Below are positions 51,800 to 64,000 of a stretch of DNA of 64,000 nucleotides, one piece after another. Each line of letters begins with the position of its first letter. Within the stretch, counting starts at the first letter, position 1. The notes under the pieces are model-generated. The model searched no databases and was not told where the DNA came from. It worked only from the letters and a program-made list of their open reading frames with translations. The position numbers and the translations under genes were made by a program. The stretch is from Gracilinanus agilis. Lineage: Eukaryota. The stretch lies in contig NC_058134.1 of assembly GCF_016433145.1 (NCBI RefSeq), positions 284,221,308 to 284,285,307 of the forward strand, given 5' to 3'.

Positions 51800-53429
51800 T
51801 TAGATCTTATACCATTTGGTGCATATGTTTACTATTGATACTGTTTCATCCTCTCTGGTGCTTTTTATTGAGTTGTAATTTTCTTCCTAATTTCCTTTGA
51901 TTAGATCAATTTTTACTTTTGTTTTGTCTGAGATTATGATTACTATATCTGCTTTTTAAAAAAATTTTTGGTTGAGGCATAATAGATTCTGATTCAGCCC
52001 CTTATTTTTACTCTGTGTGTATCTCCCTGCTTTAAATGTGTTTCTCATAAACAGAATATTGTAGGAATTTGGTTTTTAATCTACTCTGCTTTTCTTTTCC
52101 ATTTTAAGAGTGAATACATTCCTTTTATATTCATAGTCATGTTTACTAACTGTGATTTCCCTCTGTATTATTTTGCTCCTGTTTACCCTTCTTTATTTCT
52201 CATTTTGTCCTTTCCCTATTCACATTTTTGTTTTTGTTTTTGACCACTGCCTTCCTCAATTTTCCTTACTTTTTCTCCACCACCCCCATTTTCATCTTCT
52301 CCTTTCTATTCTACTTCCTTATAGGGTAAAGTTGGTATCTATAGCTGGCTTAATTTGGGCATTTTTCCCACTTTGAGTTAATTCCAAGTTTTGTCCACCA
52401 CACACCCTCATCTTCCCCTCACTGTATTGACAGGCCTGTCTTCATATGAAATAGTTTACCTCCTTTGATATTTCCTTTTCCCTTCTCCCCAAGTGTTCCT
52501 CTTTCCTATTCCTTGATTTTTTTGTATATCAAGCCATCCTATTTTGTTTGCTCCTTTTTAATTCTATGTATACTCATTCTTATTGTCCTGATAGTGATGA
52601 AGATCTTAAAATCTTAAATTCTTTAGATGTCTTGAGTACCTTGAGCAACTTAAGCATCTCAAGTATCATAGATATTTTAAATGTAATTGCGAAAAAATAT
52701 TATATTAAAAATAAATACTTATTGTTTACACTTGTTGTTTATTTAACTACCAGTATTACTGAATTGTTCATAACCTCCTGTGCTAGGTATACATTTGACT
52801 TTTATGGACATTAGAATCCTGGAATCTTGCTTTGTAGCCAATGAAGATATTTCCTGGAAAGTAATAGCCTTGGTAGTTTCGTTGCAGGTAAACCCTAGAC
52901 TTAGGAATTCTGGAGTTAGGACTTCTAGAGAGAGAAAAAAAAGAATTTCATGAAAAACATTATGTTTTAGAGTAGGGAAGGAATAATTGATGTATTACCC
53001 CAAGGCTTGAGGAGCAAAAAAGAAATTCTGTGGTTTAGGGAATAAAGGGGTCTGTACCTTACCACTCTCTTCTTGTGAGTTGTTTGAACAATTGTCTGGG
53101 AAGGAGATCACTTGTTTAGCAAGCCCACAGTTGAAAAGTGTATTGGCCTCAAAGGGGAACTTATGAACTATTGTGGATGTTTTAAATGTTTTTAGTATCT
53201 ATGATTATTGTGTTACCTACATTTTCTGTGGGGTGAAATGGAGGTAAATATCTAACTTTGTCATATTACCTAGAACACTAGTATGGGAGTGAGGGACTGC
53301 AGTTTCATATATTTGAGTATTATATGAGGTACAGTAAGATCTTAGAAGAGAGAAGATCAACTTCCAGGATTTGGCCCTGATATTTGGAATGGGGCCCTGC
53401 GCTAGTCTTATTACAAGGGTTGGAGATAT

Positions 53430-54200
53430 GAAGAAAGACAGAAACATTACCTGCTGTCAGGAGCTCACAGTTTAATGGAAATGATAACATGCAAACAACT
53501 AGGTAGAAACAAGAGAAATATAGGATAAAGTGGAGATAATCTTAGAAGACCCTAACATGAGAAAAAATCAGGAAAAGTTTGTTGTGGAAGGTAAGATTTT
53601 AGCTGAGACTTGAAGGATGACAAGGATATCAGGAGGTGGAAGTGAGGAAGGAAGAGTGTTTCAGGCATCAGGGACAGTCGAAAGGAAATTGGTAAATGGA
53701 GTAGTTCTTTGGGAGAAAGAGGGAGGAGAAAATTAGGAAGGGTCCTGGTTATGAAGAACTTTAAAAACAAGAGGTTTTATATTTTTTCCTGGGAAATAAG
53801 AGTGAGCCACTGGAGTTTGATGAATGGGGGAGGTGGGTTGATCACCCTTGCGATTTAGGAAAAAACATCTGACAGCTTAATGGCAGATGAACTACAGTGG
53901 GCAGAACCCTGAAATAGGGAGAACAACCAGAAAGGTATTGCAATACTCTATGAAGAAGACCTGAACTAGGGTGGTATTAGTGCAAGAGGACAGAAAGAAT
54001 GTGTAGGAGAAATGCTATGAAGATAGGATAGGATTTGCCAACAGATTATATGGGTGAGAGAGAGTAAGGATTGCATCTGAGTTCCAAGCCTGGGTGAATA
54101 GGAGGATGAGTGCCTTTAGCATTAATAGGGAATTTAAGAAGAGGGAAGGATTTGATGTGAATTTGTATATGTTGAGATTAATATGTCTCTTGGACATCCA
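53430..54200 (-). mobile_element. Decayed L2 fragment
   Basis: CTGTCAGGAGCTCACAGTTTAATGG and GAGCCACTGGAGTTT L2 motifs. Confidence 0.65.
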
Positions 54201-56105
54201 GTCATTTAAGAATGGAGGTCAGGAGGGTATCAGGACTTAATAGTTACCTAGAAATGGCCATTGAATTCATCTCTAAATTTCATTTTCCTTTTGAATATTA
54301 TCATGCACATTTTGTTCTTGATGCCAAGGTGTACCCCATGGTTCTTTCCTTGGCTCCCTTCTTTTTAAGTGTTATACTACATCTTGTGGTGATCTCATCA
54401 GCTATCATGTATTCAAGTAGCAATGGTGTGTAACATATATTCTGTATTTTTATGAGAATAATTTTGTGATTGGTTGATTTTCATAAAGGATATTCATTAA
54501 TAGGTATCATCTTTAGCATTAGGAATACAACACATCTTTCAAGTATATTTTTATTTAGTTCTATTTTCTTCTTTCTTTAAGATTTATTCATCTCTTAAAG
54601 AAAAATATTAAAATCAATGATTATTATGTTACAAATTTATGAATTTAAAAATTCAGTTAGCTTTTGTCATGTCAGTGCCATGCCATTTGGTACATATATA
54701 TTTAATCAAAGTCCTTCATTGACTTAAATCATAATGTAATTTTTCAGTTTCTTTCTCTTGACCTTGTAAATTTTTATTGTTGTCAAATTGAAGTCATAAA
54801 TGCAATTGCTGGAATTTTGCAATTGTATTATGTTAAGAAAACTTTTTTCTAGCTCCTAATTGCCATTTCTTATTTTTAATATTTCTTGTATGCAACAAAT
54901 TGCTGGGTTTTGTTTTTCAATGCTTTTCTCATTAGCTTTCATTTCGCTGACTAGTTTACTCCAATTATATATAATGTTATAATTGTTCAGTTTATCTTTT
55001 CCTCAGCACAAAATTTTCATGTTAGGACTCTCTTCTTTTAGTTTTTTTCAAGTCAGAACTTGGGTTTGTGCTCCTGAAACTTCAGTAAGCAGTATTCTTT
55101 ATTTAAATTCTCTAACAGATTAATGTTCATTGATTACTTTTTCTAGATTCAGCTCCTGCAAACTCTTTTTTTATTTAGTCTTTCCTTGCTTAAGAATTCT
55201 TATATTCCTACCCACACCATGAAAATGATGTGTCTTCCCTCCTAATGACCAATGAAATTCAACAAAATGTATAAAATGCTTAGTATATACAAAGTACTCT
55301 GTTGAAAATACATAGCCTTTGCCCTCCATTAATTTCCAATCAAGTTGTGGAGAAAAAGGCAAGTATACAAATAATGATTTTGATACAAATGAGAACAAAA
55401 CCAGTGCTTAATTACAGAGGAAAGATAGACTATAGTATTACAGGAGATCTGAGGAGAAATAATTTACTTCTAATTGATCAGGGACAAATGGTCATTTTGG
55501 AAAAAATTATTGGTCTCCTTACTGGTCAGAAATTGATCAAGGTATGATCAGGCAAAAGGAATAAGGAGTCTATATATACAGAATGAGAAGCATAGAATTA
55601 AATGTTAGAGCAAAGAAATTGAAGAAAAAGAAGAGACAAGGAATATTGGCTAGAGGTATGTGTATCAGCATTTAGGAATGAAGGTTGTACAGTGCCTACA
55701 GGCCTATAGTAGTTGACTTCTAAGGACCTTTCAAAAACAAATAGCAATGATAGTTCCATGATTTTATTAAATATGAGCTCCCTAAATGTGGTCCTGAGAG
55801 AGGAAAAATAATTGGTTTTAGTGCCTGCAAATGAAAGGATAGAGGCTGAAGTAGTAAGCCAGATGCTAAGCCAGGATTAAATGTGACAATAACAGCATGG
55901 GAGAGGGGGACAGAACAAAAATGTATTATTTAGGAGCTGGGAAGATTCTCAATTCAAATGAAAGAGAGTGTGAGAAAGTTAGAGTAACTGTACTATGGTT
56001 AATGATTAGCAAAGGAAATTACAAAAGATAATGAAATCCAGGACAGATAGTTAAAGGTTATTCCGATTTTCTCTTACCATTTGGCATCTTTATATCGATA
56101 ATAGT

Positions 56106-57044
56106 TTATTGCTTTGAAAGAAAAAAAATCTTTTTAGCTGAGTCCTTAAAAGCTTGTATCACTTGCTCATTTCTTAGGGCATAAATTAAGGGGTTCATAA
56201 CAGGAGCAACTGAAGTTGTGAGCACTGTCACTGCCTTATTCAAAGCTACCCCTTCTTTTGCAGAAGGTTTGATATAGATGAAGATGCAGCTGCCATAGGT
56301 GATGGAGACAACAATCATGTGAGAAGAACAAGTGGAAAAAGCTTTTTTTCTTTGTTCAGCTGAGGGGAATTTCAGAACTGTCCTGAGAATGTATACATAG
56401 GATAAAAATACTAAGAACAAAGTAATAATGAGTGTCAATACAGCAAAGATCAAAATCATCTTTTCTATGAATTGTGTGTCTGAGCATGCAATCTTTAATA
56501 TGGGAAATGCATCACAACCAAAATGATCAATAACATTGTAGTCACAGAATTCTAATTGGAGGCCCAGACTAATTGGTGGAATGATGATCATCAACCCAGC
56601 CAGCCAGGAACTCAAGAGGAGCTGATTACAGACTTTGTTGTTCATGATGGTTATATAGTGCAGAGGTTTGCAGATGGCCACATAACGGTCATAGGACATG
56701 GTAGCCAGAAGAAAAAATTCGGTTGCCCCAAGAAGGATGACAAAAAATATCTGGGCACAGCAAGCATTATAGGTAATGGTGTTGTCTCCAGTTGACAAGC
56801 TGTAGAGATATCTGGGAATATAGGAAGTTGTGAATGCCACTTCTAAATATGAAAAGTTTCGAAGGAAAAAATACATTGGTGTCTTAAGATGTGTATCCAT
56901 CAAGGTGAGGATGATTATGATCATATTCCCAATTATACTCAAAATATATGTAAAAAATAGGAAGATGAAAATCAGAACCTTTAGCTGTGGATCATCTGTT
57001 AGTCCTTGAAGGATGAATAACATCATCCCTGTATTGTTTCTCAT
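56106..57044 (-). CDS. Olfactory receptor (class II, OR6C-like), 312 aa, intact (OR-D)
   Basis: Canonical OR motifs; likely start MRNNTG at 57044, matching OR-C. Confidence 0.96.
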   Translation of the reverse strand: MRNNTGMMLFILQGLTDDPQLKVLIFIFLFFTYILSIIGNMIIIILTLMDTHLKTPMYFFLRNFSYLEVAFTTSYIPRYLYSLSTGDNTITYNACCAQIFFVILLGATEFFLLATMSYDRYVAICKPLHYITIMNNKVCNQLLLSSWLAGLMIIIPPISLGLQLEFCDYNVIDHFGCDAFPILKIACSDTQFIEKMILIFAVLTLIITLFLVFLSYVYILRTVLKFPSAEQRKKAFSTCSSHMIVVSITYGSCIFIYIKPSAKEGVALNKAVTVLTTSVAPVMNPLIYALRNEQVIQAFKDSAKKIFFLSKQ

Positions 57045-57062
57045 CCCTGACTGCTGGTGAAT

Positions 57063-57088
57063 CTGTGTGTAAAGGAAAGGAGACATTC
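57063..57088 (-). promoter_or_regulatory. 3' splice acceptor of 5'UTR intron of OR-D
   Basis: Minus strand TCTCCTTTCCTTTACACACAG|A, 18 nt before ATG. Confidence 0.8.
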
Positions 57089-57523
57089 ATTGCAGAAAGA
57101 GAATGAATTTGGGGAAAAGGAAGGCAAGTCATTACTGGACCTTCATTTTACTTGAAAAGAATCAATATCACAGATGTCTTGACCTGAGCATCTTCCTGTT
57201 ATGAATTAGGGAGAATAAATGGGGAGTTTTCATAGAGATTATTTTTGAAAACTAATACTCTTTCCCACCCTTGCATAAGCTCTCTATCTACATCAATTCT
57301 TCCATATCTCTTTATAACTAATGCCATTTGTATTTCAGGTCTCATTAATCTCATTAATTTCTAACTCAAAATCCAGCCATCCCTCCTTTTCCTTAACCCC
57401 ACAGCAGATGGTCAGGGCATCTTGTTTAAAATTTTTGGCTCTGAAGCTTATTACTTTTGATTGTGGGCAATCATCAAACATTCTTTTTGTCATATTTAAA
57501 ATAAGGCTAGTAGCTCTTTTCCA

Positions 57524-59350
57524 GGGCGGAGCCAAGATGGAGGAGTAAACTACAGCAGCTCCATGTCACCACAAGAATCCTCTGACCAAGATTAAAATAT
57601 CTCTGCAAAACAAATACAGAAATGAAAGAACCAACAAGGAGACAGAGTGAAACAACTTTCAAGGAAAGAAAAACCCAAAAGTTAGAGATCATCTAGGGAA
57701 CTGGGGTGAGAGGAAAGCAGAGCTAGCAAAAGGTTGTAGCAAGGAGTGAAGAGCAAGCCAAGCCACCCCCCCCCATGTCCATCCCTATCCCACATCAGCT
57801 GTCCAGGTTTGGAACCTAAGTACAAGCTAACATTCAGATCATGGGATTCTGCCTGGGCATTTCAAACCTGTGGAGAAGACTGGAGCCCAGGGAAGTCTAA
57901 GCTGAAGTGGGCTGATCTTTGTGGACTCAGAATGAAGCCAGGATTTCCAATCTGGGCTTGGGATAAAGATATAGTGCACAGTTTGGGGTGGCTGGCAGTA
58001 CTAAATACTAAATACTGATCTTTCAGTTCAGGGCAGAGCTCCAAGACAGGGATCAAGTATACACAGCAAAACCAAAAACTTGAGCCTTAGCCAGGGACTG
58101 GAATTTGATCAGCCCCTGACCTGATCAAGGTCAGAGTGAGATCAAAAGCTTATACTCAAGGCTAAGGCAAGTCCTTAAGCCATCAGCTTAACAAAGGCCA
58201 ATTGAATCATCAGAGGGAGGGGGCTTCCAGAGTTCTCAGCCCTCAGATCCAGAAAATAAGCTGAAAATAGCATTAAGGAAGGACTGAAGCTTAAGTGGGA
58301 ACCCCAACTTCCCAGAAAATAGAGCCTACCTATACTTAAATTTCAGTCAATTTGAGAATTATTGGACTCCCTGAAACCCATGATGAAGAAAAATCCTTGA
58401 ACATCATATTACAAGAAATTATCAAAAATAACTACCCAGAGATCCTCGAACAAGAAAATAAAATTGAAATTGAAAGAATTTATAGATCACCTCCAGAAAG
58501 AAATACTCAAATGATAACTTCCTGGATCTAATAGCTAAATTCAAGAGGCTAAGGAGAAAAAATTTTATGCAGCCGGAAAGAAACCATTCAAATACCATGG
58601 AACTATGATCAGGATCAAACAGTACCTAGTGGCTCCTACAATAAAGGATTGAAAGGTATGGAATATGATATTCAGGAAAGGCAAAAGATTTGGGTTTACA
58701 ACTCCAGCAAAACTGAGTATATTCTTTCAGAGAAAAAATGGGCATTCAATAAGATAGAGGATTTCCAAGCATTCCTGAGGAATAAACCAGACCTAAACAA
58801 AAAATTTGAAGGCCAAGCACAAGACACAAGAGAAGCCCCAAATGGAAATAAGAAAGAGAAAATTTAAAGAGCTCATTAAGGTCAAAATATTTAGGGGCGG
58901 CTGGGTAGCTCAGTGGAGTGAGAGTCAGGCCTAGAGATAGGAGGTCCTAGGTTCAAAACCCGGCCTCAGCCACTTCCCAGCTGTGTGACCCTGGGCAAGT
59001 CACTTGACCCCCATTGCCCACCCTTACCAATCTTCCACCTATGAGACAATACACCGAAGTACAAGGGTTTAAAAAAAATAAAAAAATATATTTATATGTC
59101 TACATGAAAACAGGATTTTTGTAATTCTTTAAAATTAATCTTAATAGTAGAGAAGGTAGAAGGAATTTACTCAGAAATAGGGTAGAGAAGGAAGCCGATT
59201 ATGATGATATGATTTATATGATCATATAGGATGATATGATGTATATGTAAATGTGATGATATGGAACAATATATATATATGATATGATATGTATGCATAT
59301 GAATGATATATTAAAAAATCAAACAAGAGCTGAAAGAGAAGGTTGCACTG
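57524..59350 (+). mobile_element. L1 5' end (5'UTR, decayed partial ORF1, spacer), 3'-truncated
   Basis: Starts GGGCGGAGCCAAGATGG; ORF1-like IIGLPETHD...IEIERIYRSPP segment. Confidence 0.8.
58894..59087 (+). mobile_element. Young full-length SINE1_Mdo-like SINE inserted in the L1
   Basis: Intact CpGs, A-tail, AAAATATTTA-like flanks. Confidence 0.93.
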
Positions 59351-59987
59351 AGAGAAACTACAATGGACTCCCTCTTGCCTCTAGAAAAAAAGAGCAGCAT
59401 CTGTATTTGCCTTTTAAAGCCCTTCCTAACCCATCTTCACCCCACCTTTCCAGGTTCATTGTCTATTATTCTGCTTTGTATTCTTTCCATTCCAAGAAAC
59501 CTAACCTGATTGCTCTGCTCCAAATATAACATTCAAGGTGCCATTAATTTTTTTTAAAAAAACAAGTTGTTTTCCAAGGTTGGATTATACTTCCTCTTTG
59601 CCTCCATTTTGAAGCATCCCTGACTTCTTTCAAAACTCAGCTCCAATGCCATCTCCTTTCATATTCTTCTCCTGGGCTCTCAGTTGTTAGTGCCCTATTT
59701 CAAGATAATTTTGAATGTATTATTTGTTTAATTTTGTACTTACATGCTTTTCCCCTTAATAGAAACATGAAATCTACTATTACTAAAGCTGGTCCACTTA
59801 TCCTTGATTAGAAATTAAAATACAAAAAGCTTAATATTTACTGGAAAACTGGTATCTCAGAAATGAGTATTAATTTTTCCCTGAAACATTCATAATATTT
59901 GACAAAATTTTGGATTTTTGCAAACAGTCCCACACTTTCCATGTTTATAAATAAAAAATGAAAATTTGTGACACAGAAAATCATTCT

Positions 59988-60000
59988 CATACTTACTTTT
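59988..60000 (-). promoter_or_regulatory. Predicted splice donor of a 5' non-coding exon of OR-D
   Basis: Minus strand AAAA|GTAAGTATG. Confidence 0.65.
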
Positions 60001-60627
60001 TTGGACCTTCCTTGGATTTCATTGGGTAGAGTAACCCCCAAATTTTCTGGTATGACTCAATAATGAGTAATAGTGTTTTAGTAGAGGCAGCATGCTGTCA
60101 TGAGAAAATGAGTAGATTTGTAATCTTTGTGTTCCAATTTTGCTACTTAGATGTGTTATCTTGAATTAGTTCCTTAACTTCAATGATCCTCAGTTTCCTT
60201 CTCTGTAAATTAAGTGTTTAGATGATCTCTACCTTCTTTTCTGGTTTTAATCCTAAAATCCTAATTGTATGCAAATTTCTCATTACATTTTGACACAAGA
60301 ACCCAGAATGTTATACTCACTGACAGCTCTGTGACTTCTCCACATTCAATTTCTTTCCTTTTGGATTCTACACCAATATCCTTTCTTACAGATTCTTTTC
60401 CTTTTTAACAGTAGGTCATATTTCTCTGTATTCATTATACCTTACAGCAAGACAGGTCTATTCCCCTCCCCTACAAAAGGAATTTTAGAATCCATTTCTT
60501 TGCATTTCAGAATAAAAGGGCTAGTCTTTCTTAGTAGTGAAATTGCTTTCCTTATAAATTTTAAATGAAAGACAATTTGTTTTATCTGCTTAATCTACTA
60601 TAGACTCAAGAGGATAACATGAGTGCA

Positions 60628-60894
60628 CAAACAAAATGGTCCTTAGGGACTTGATTTAAGCAGCACTAATGAATCTATGTAATCAACTTTGCCTGGTGCC
60701 CAGAGAGACTAGAGGGTGCCATAATAGATTCAGATAGAGTACTCAACAGTGATAGGTGTTCAATGAAGTAGACTTCTGATCCCACAATTCTGCATTTATT
60801 CAGGGGATTCTTAGCCAAGGTTGTGGAAAATCTATTTGGGATTCTTTGGAGAACAGATTTCAGAGAAATCCCAATCATTCTGTATCCCACTGGA
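60628..60894 (-). promoter_or_regulatory. Predicted OR-D promoter module
   Basis: CAAACAA 60628-60634, TCCTTAGGGA 60640-60649, TAATGAATCT 60667-60676, TCCCACTGGA 60885-60894. Confidence 0.72.
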
Positions 60895-61374
60895 GGAGAC
60901 AGAAAGACAAATTCCACTCAAAATAATTTCATGTATAAAATATTTGATTGCCTATATACCAATATGTACCCAGGCACTATATGAGTTCAATATCAAAACA
61001 CTCTTCACAGAAATTGAGACTTGAATAATTATAATAGATATTAGGTATCTATTATAATTATTATATTATATATAATTATATTAGATATATAATTATAGAT
61101 ATATAGATATAAATATATAATTGCTAATGGAAAGAACATGCCAATGTGGTAAAATGACAATGCTAACTCAATTAATTAACTTATTCAGTTTATACTAATC
61201 AAACTATAGAAGAAAAAAAATAGATCTAGAAAAAAATTAACTAAAAGAACAAAAGGCCATGTACTTTCTGAGTAGTCTCCTAGGTGTCATCTTACTATCT
61301 ATCTTACAATCTCTAAACATAAAAAAAGTATTTGGAAAGGCAACTTTCTTCTCAATGTCTATTTGATGTTCTTT

Positions 61375-64000
61375 AAAAAAATTAAAAAAAATTAAAATAT
61401 TTTTCCATTTTTCCATGATTCATTTTCTTTCCCTCCCCCATCCCAGAGCCAAGAAGCAATTCCCCTGGGTTGTAAAAATGTTATCGCTCGATACCTATTT
61501 CCATATTATTCATTTTTGCTATAGAGATTTTTTAAAGCCTAAGCCCCAAATCACATACCCATGTATACATGTGACAAGTGATGTCATGTTTTCCTTTTAC
61601 ATTTCTATTCCCATAGTTCTTTCTTTCAACGTGGATAGAATTCTTTCTCATAAGTCCCTCAGAATTGTCCTGGTAGTAGAGAAGTTCATTACATTGTATT
61701 TTTCCACAGTGTTTTACTATCTGTGTACATTGTTCTTCTGGTTCTGCTGATTTCACTCTGCAGAGTTGAGGTTCTCCCAGTTCATATAGAAAGCCTCCAG
61801 TTCTTCAGTCCTTACAGCACAATAGTATTCTATCATCATCATATACCACAATTCATTCAGCTATTTCCCAATAGAGGCAAACCCCCTCATTTTCCAATTT
61901 TTTGCCACCACAAAGAATGTGGCTATGAATATTTTTGTACAAGTATTTTTCCTTATTATTTCTTTGGAGTACAAACCCAGCAGTGGTATTGCTGGATCAA
62001 AGGGTATATATTCTTTTAAAGCACTTTTTGCATAATTCCAAATTGCCTTCCAGGATGGGTGGATTAATTCCCAACATCAATAGCAATGCATTAATGTCCT
62101 GATTTTGCCACAACCCCTCCAATATTTATTATTCTCCTTTACTATAATATTGGCCAATCTGGTAGTTGTGAGGTGGCACTTCAGCATTGCTTTGATTTGC
62201 ATTTCTCTAATTATGAATGATTTAGACCACTTTTTTATGTGCTTATTGATAGTTTTGATTTCTTTATCTGAAAACTGCCTATTCATGTCCTTTGACTATT
62301 TGTCAATTGGGGAATGGTTTGATTTTTTTGTCCAATTGACTTAGTTCTTTATAATTAGGCCTTTGTTAGAGGTTTTTGTTATAAACATTTTTTCCCAATC
62401 TGTTACTTCCCTTCTAATTTTAGTTGGTTTAGTTTTGCTTGTACAGAAACTTTTAAATTTAATATAATCAAAATTATTCATTTTACATTTTGTAATGTTC
62501 TCAATCGCCTCCTTGGTCTTAAATTCCTTCTTTTCCCACAGATCTGACAGGAATACTATTCTATGTTCACCTAATTTGTATACGATTTCCCCTCTTTAAA
62601 TTTAAGTCATTTACCCACTCCAAATTAAACTTGGTGTAGGGTGTGAGATGTTGATCTAAACCTAATTTCTCACATACTATTTTCCAATTCTCCAAGCAGT
62701 TTTTGTCAAATAGTGGGTTCTTGCCCCCAAATCTGGAATCTTTGTGTTTGTTGAAGAGTATCTTGCTACATAAATATACAAAAGTGTATTTCATTGATCC
62801 ATCCTTCTATCTCTAAGCCATTACCATGTAGTTTTGATCACTGTTTTATAGTATAGTTTAAGAACTGGTAAATCTAGGCCTGCATCCTTCATATTTTTTT
62901 CATTATTTTCCTTGATTTTCTTGAATCTTTGTTCTTCCAGATGAACTTTGAATTAATTTTTTCTAATTCTATAAAAAAGTGTTTTGGTAGTTTGATAAGT
63001 ATAACACTGAATAAATAAATTAATTTAGTTAGGATTGCCATTTTTATTATATCAGCTTATCCTACCCATGAGCAATTGATGTTTTTTCCAATTGTTTAGA
63101 TCTATTTTATTTGTGTGAAAAGTGTTTTGTATTTGTGTTCATATAATTCCTGAGTTTGTCTTGGCAGATGAATTTCCAAATATTATATATTTTCTAGAGA
63201 GATTTTAAAGGGAGTTTCTCTTTCTAACTCTTGGTGCTGAGTTGTGTTTGCAATTAGAATTGCTGATGATTTATATGGGTTTATTTTGTATCCTGCAACT
63301 TTGCTAAAATTATTAATTATTTCTAATAGCTTTTTAATTGATTTTATAAGATTCATATCATCTGCAAAAAGTTTAGTTTCCCCATTGTCTACTTTAACCC
63401 ATTCAATTTCTTTTTCTTCTCTAATTGCTACTTCTAGCATTTCTAGTTAGAAGACTTCTAACTTATCCCCACTGAAGATGATGATTCCTGATGGTTTTAA
63501 ATAAGTACTGTTTATTATTTTGAGGAAAGGCCATTCTATTCCTATACTTTTTAGCATTTTAATAAGAATGGGTGTTGCATTTTGTCCAAGGGTTTTTCTG
63601 CATCTGTTTAAATAATCATGTGATTTCTATTAGCTTGGTTGTTTATATGGTCAATCATGTGGATGGTTTTCTTAATATTAAACCATCCTTTCATTCCTGG
63701 TAAAAATCCCACCTGGTCATAGTGAATAATCCTTCTGATAACTTGTTGTAGTCTTTTATTTAGTACTTTATTTAATATTTTTGCATCTATGTTCATTAAT
63801 GTATTGGTCTTCCTGGCTTGGGAATCAGTATCTTATTTGTATTATAAAAAGAATTTGCTAAGACTCCTTCTTTGCCTATTGTGTTAAATAATTTGTAGAC
63901 TATTGGAATTAATGGATCTTTAAATTTTTGATTTTTTCTTAGGGAACTATTTGATGGCATGTTCAACTTTTTTTTTGATATGGGATTATTTAAGTATTCT
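61375..64000 (-). mobile_element. L1 3'UTR and ORF2, continuing beyond the window
   Basis: Antisense ORF fragments [31 protein letters not shown] and LFADDM in the ORF track. Confidence 0.92.

Larger units (their letters stand above)
47560..52600 (-). mobile_element. Long degraded L1 (two stacked 3'UTRs, ORF2 back to the inter-ORF region)
   Basis: Continuous antisense ORF2 motifs with many stops and deletions. Confidence 0.85.

Noticed and set aside
57045-57086. 14-aa N-terminal extension of OR-D (326 aa)
   Set aside because: The upstream ATG lies in the polypyrimidine tract of the acceptor at 57063-57064
59195-59310. GATAT-rich periodic sequence
   Set aside because: Low-complexity expansion inside the L1 inter-ORF region; no higher-order structure seen

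Overview
AT-rich mammalian genomic DNA, not prokaryotic. The opossum-type SINE1, L1 and LTR content and a marsupial-like mtDNA insert point to a didelphid marsupial. The window holds four intact, single-coding-exon olfactory receptor genes of the OR6C-like subfamily (3635-4570 -, 26445-27383 +, 40344-41282 -, 56106-57044 -) in a dense SINE/LINE/LTR background, with one 400-N assembly gap. Highlights: (1) all four genes carry the same upstream module at near-fixed spacing (distal O/E site, AGATTCATTA homeodomain site, 16-18 bp, O/E site, TTGTTTG), and three share a 5'UTR splice donor ~680 bp further on; (2) a ~3.1 kb decayed NUMT (29067-33983) is rearranged, looks circularly permuted within ND4, is joined to an ND1-ND2 piece and is split by two LTRs; (3) a near-perfect 119-bp inverted duplication sits inside an old L1; (4) two receptors have an Asp at about TM5 position 5.42. 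Repeat boundaries and family names were assigned by eye and are approximate.
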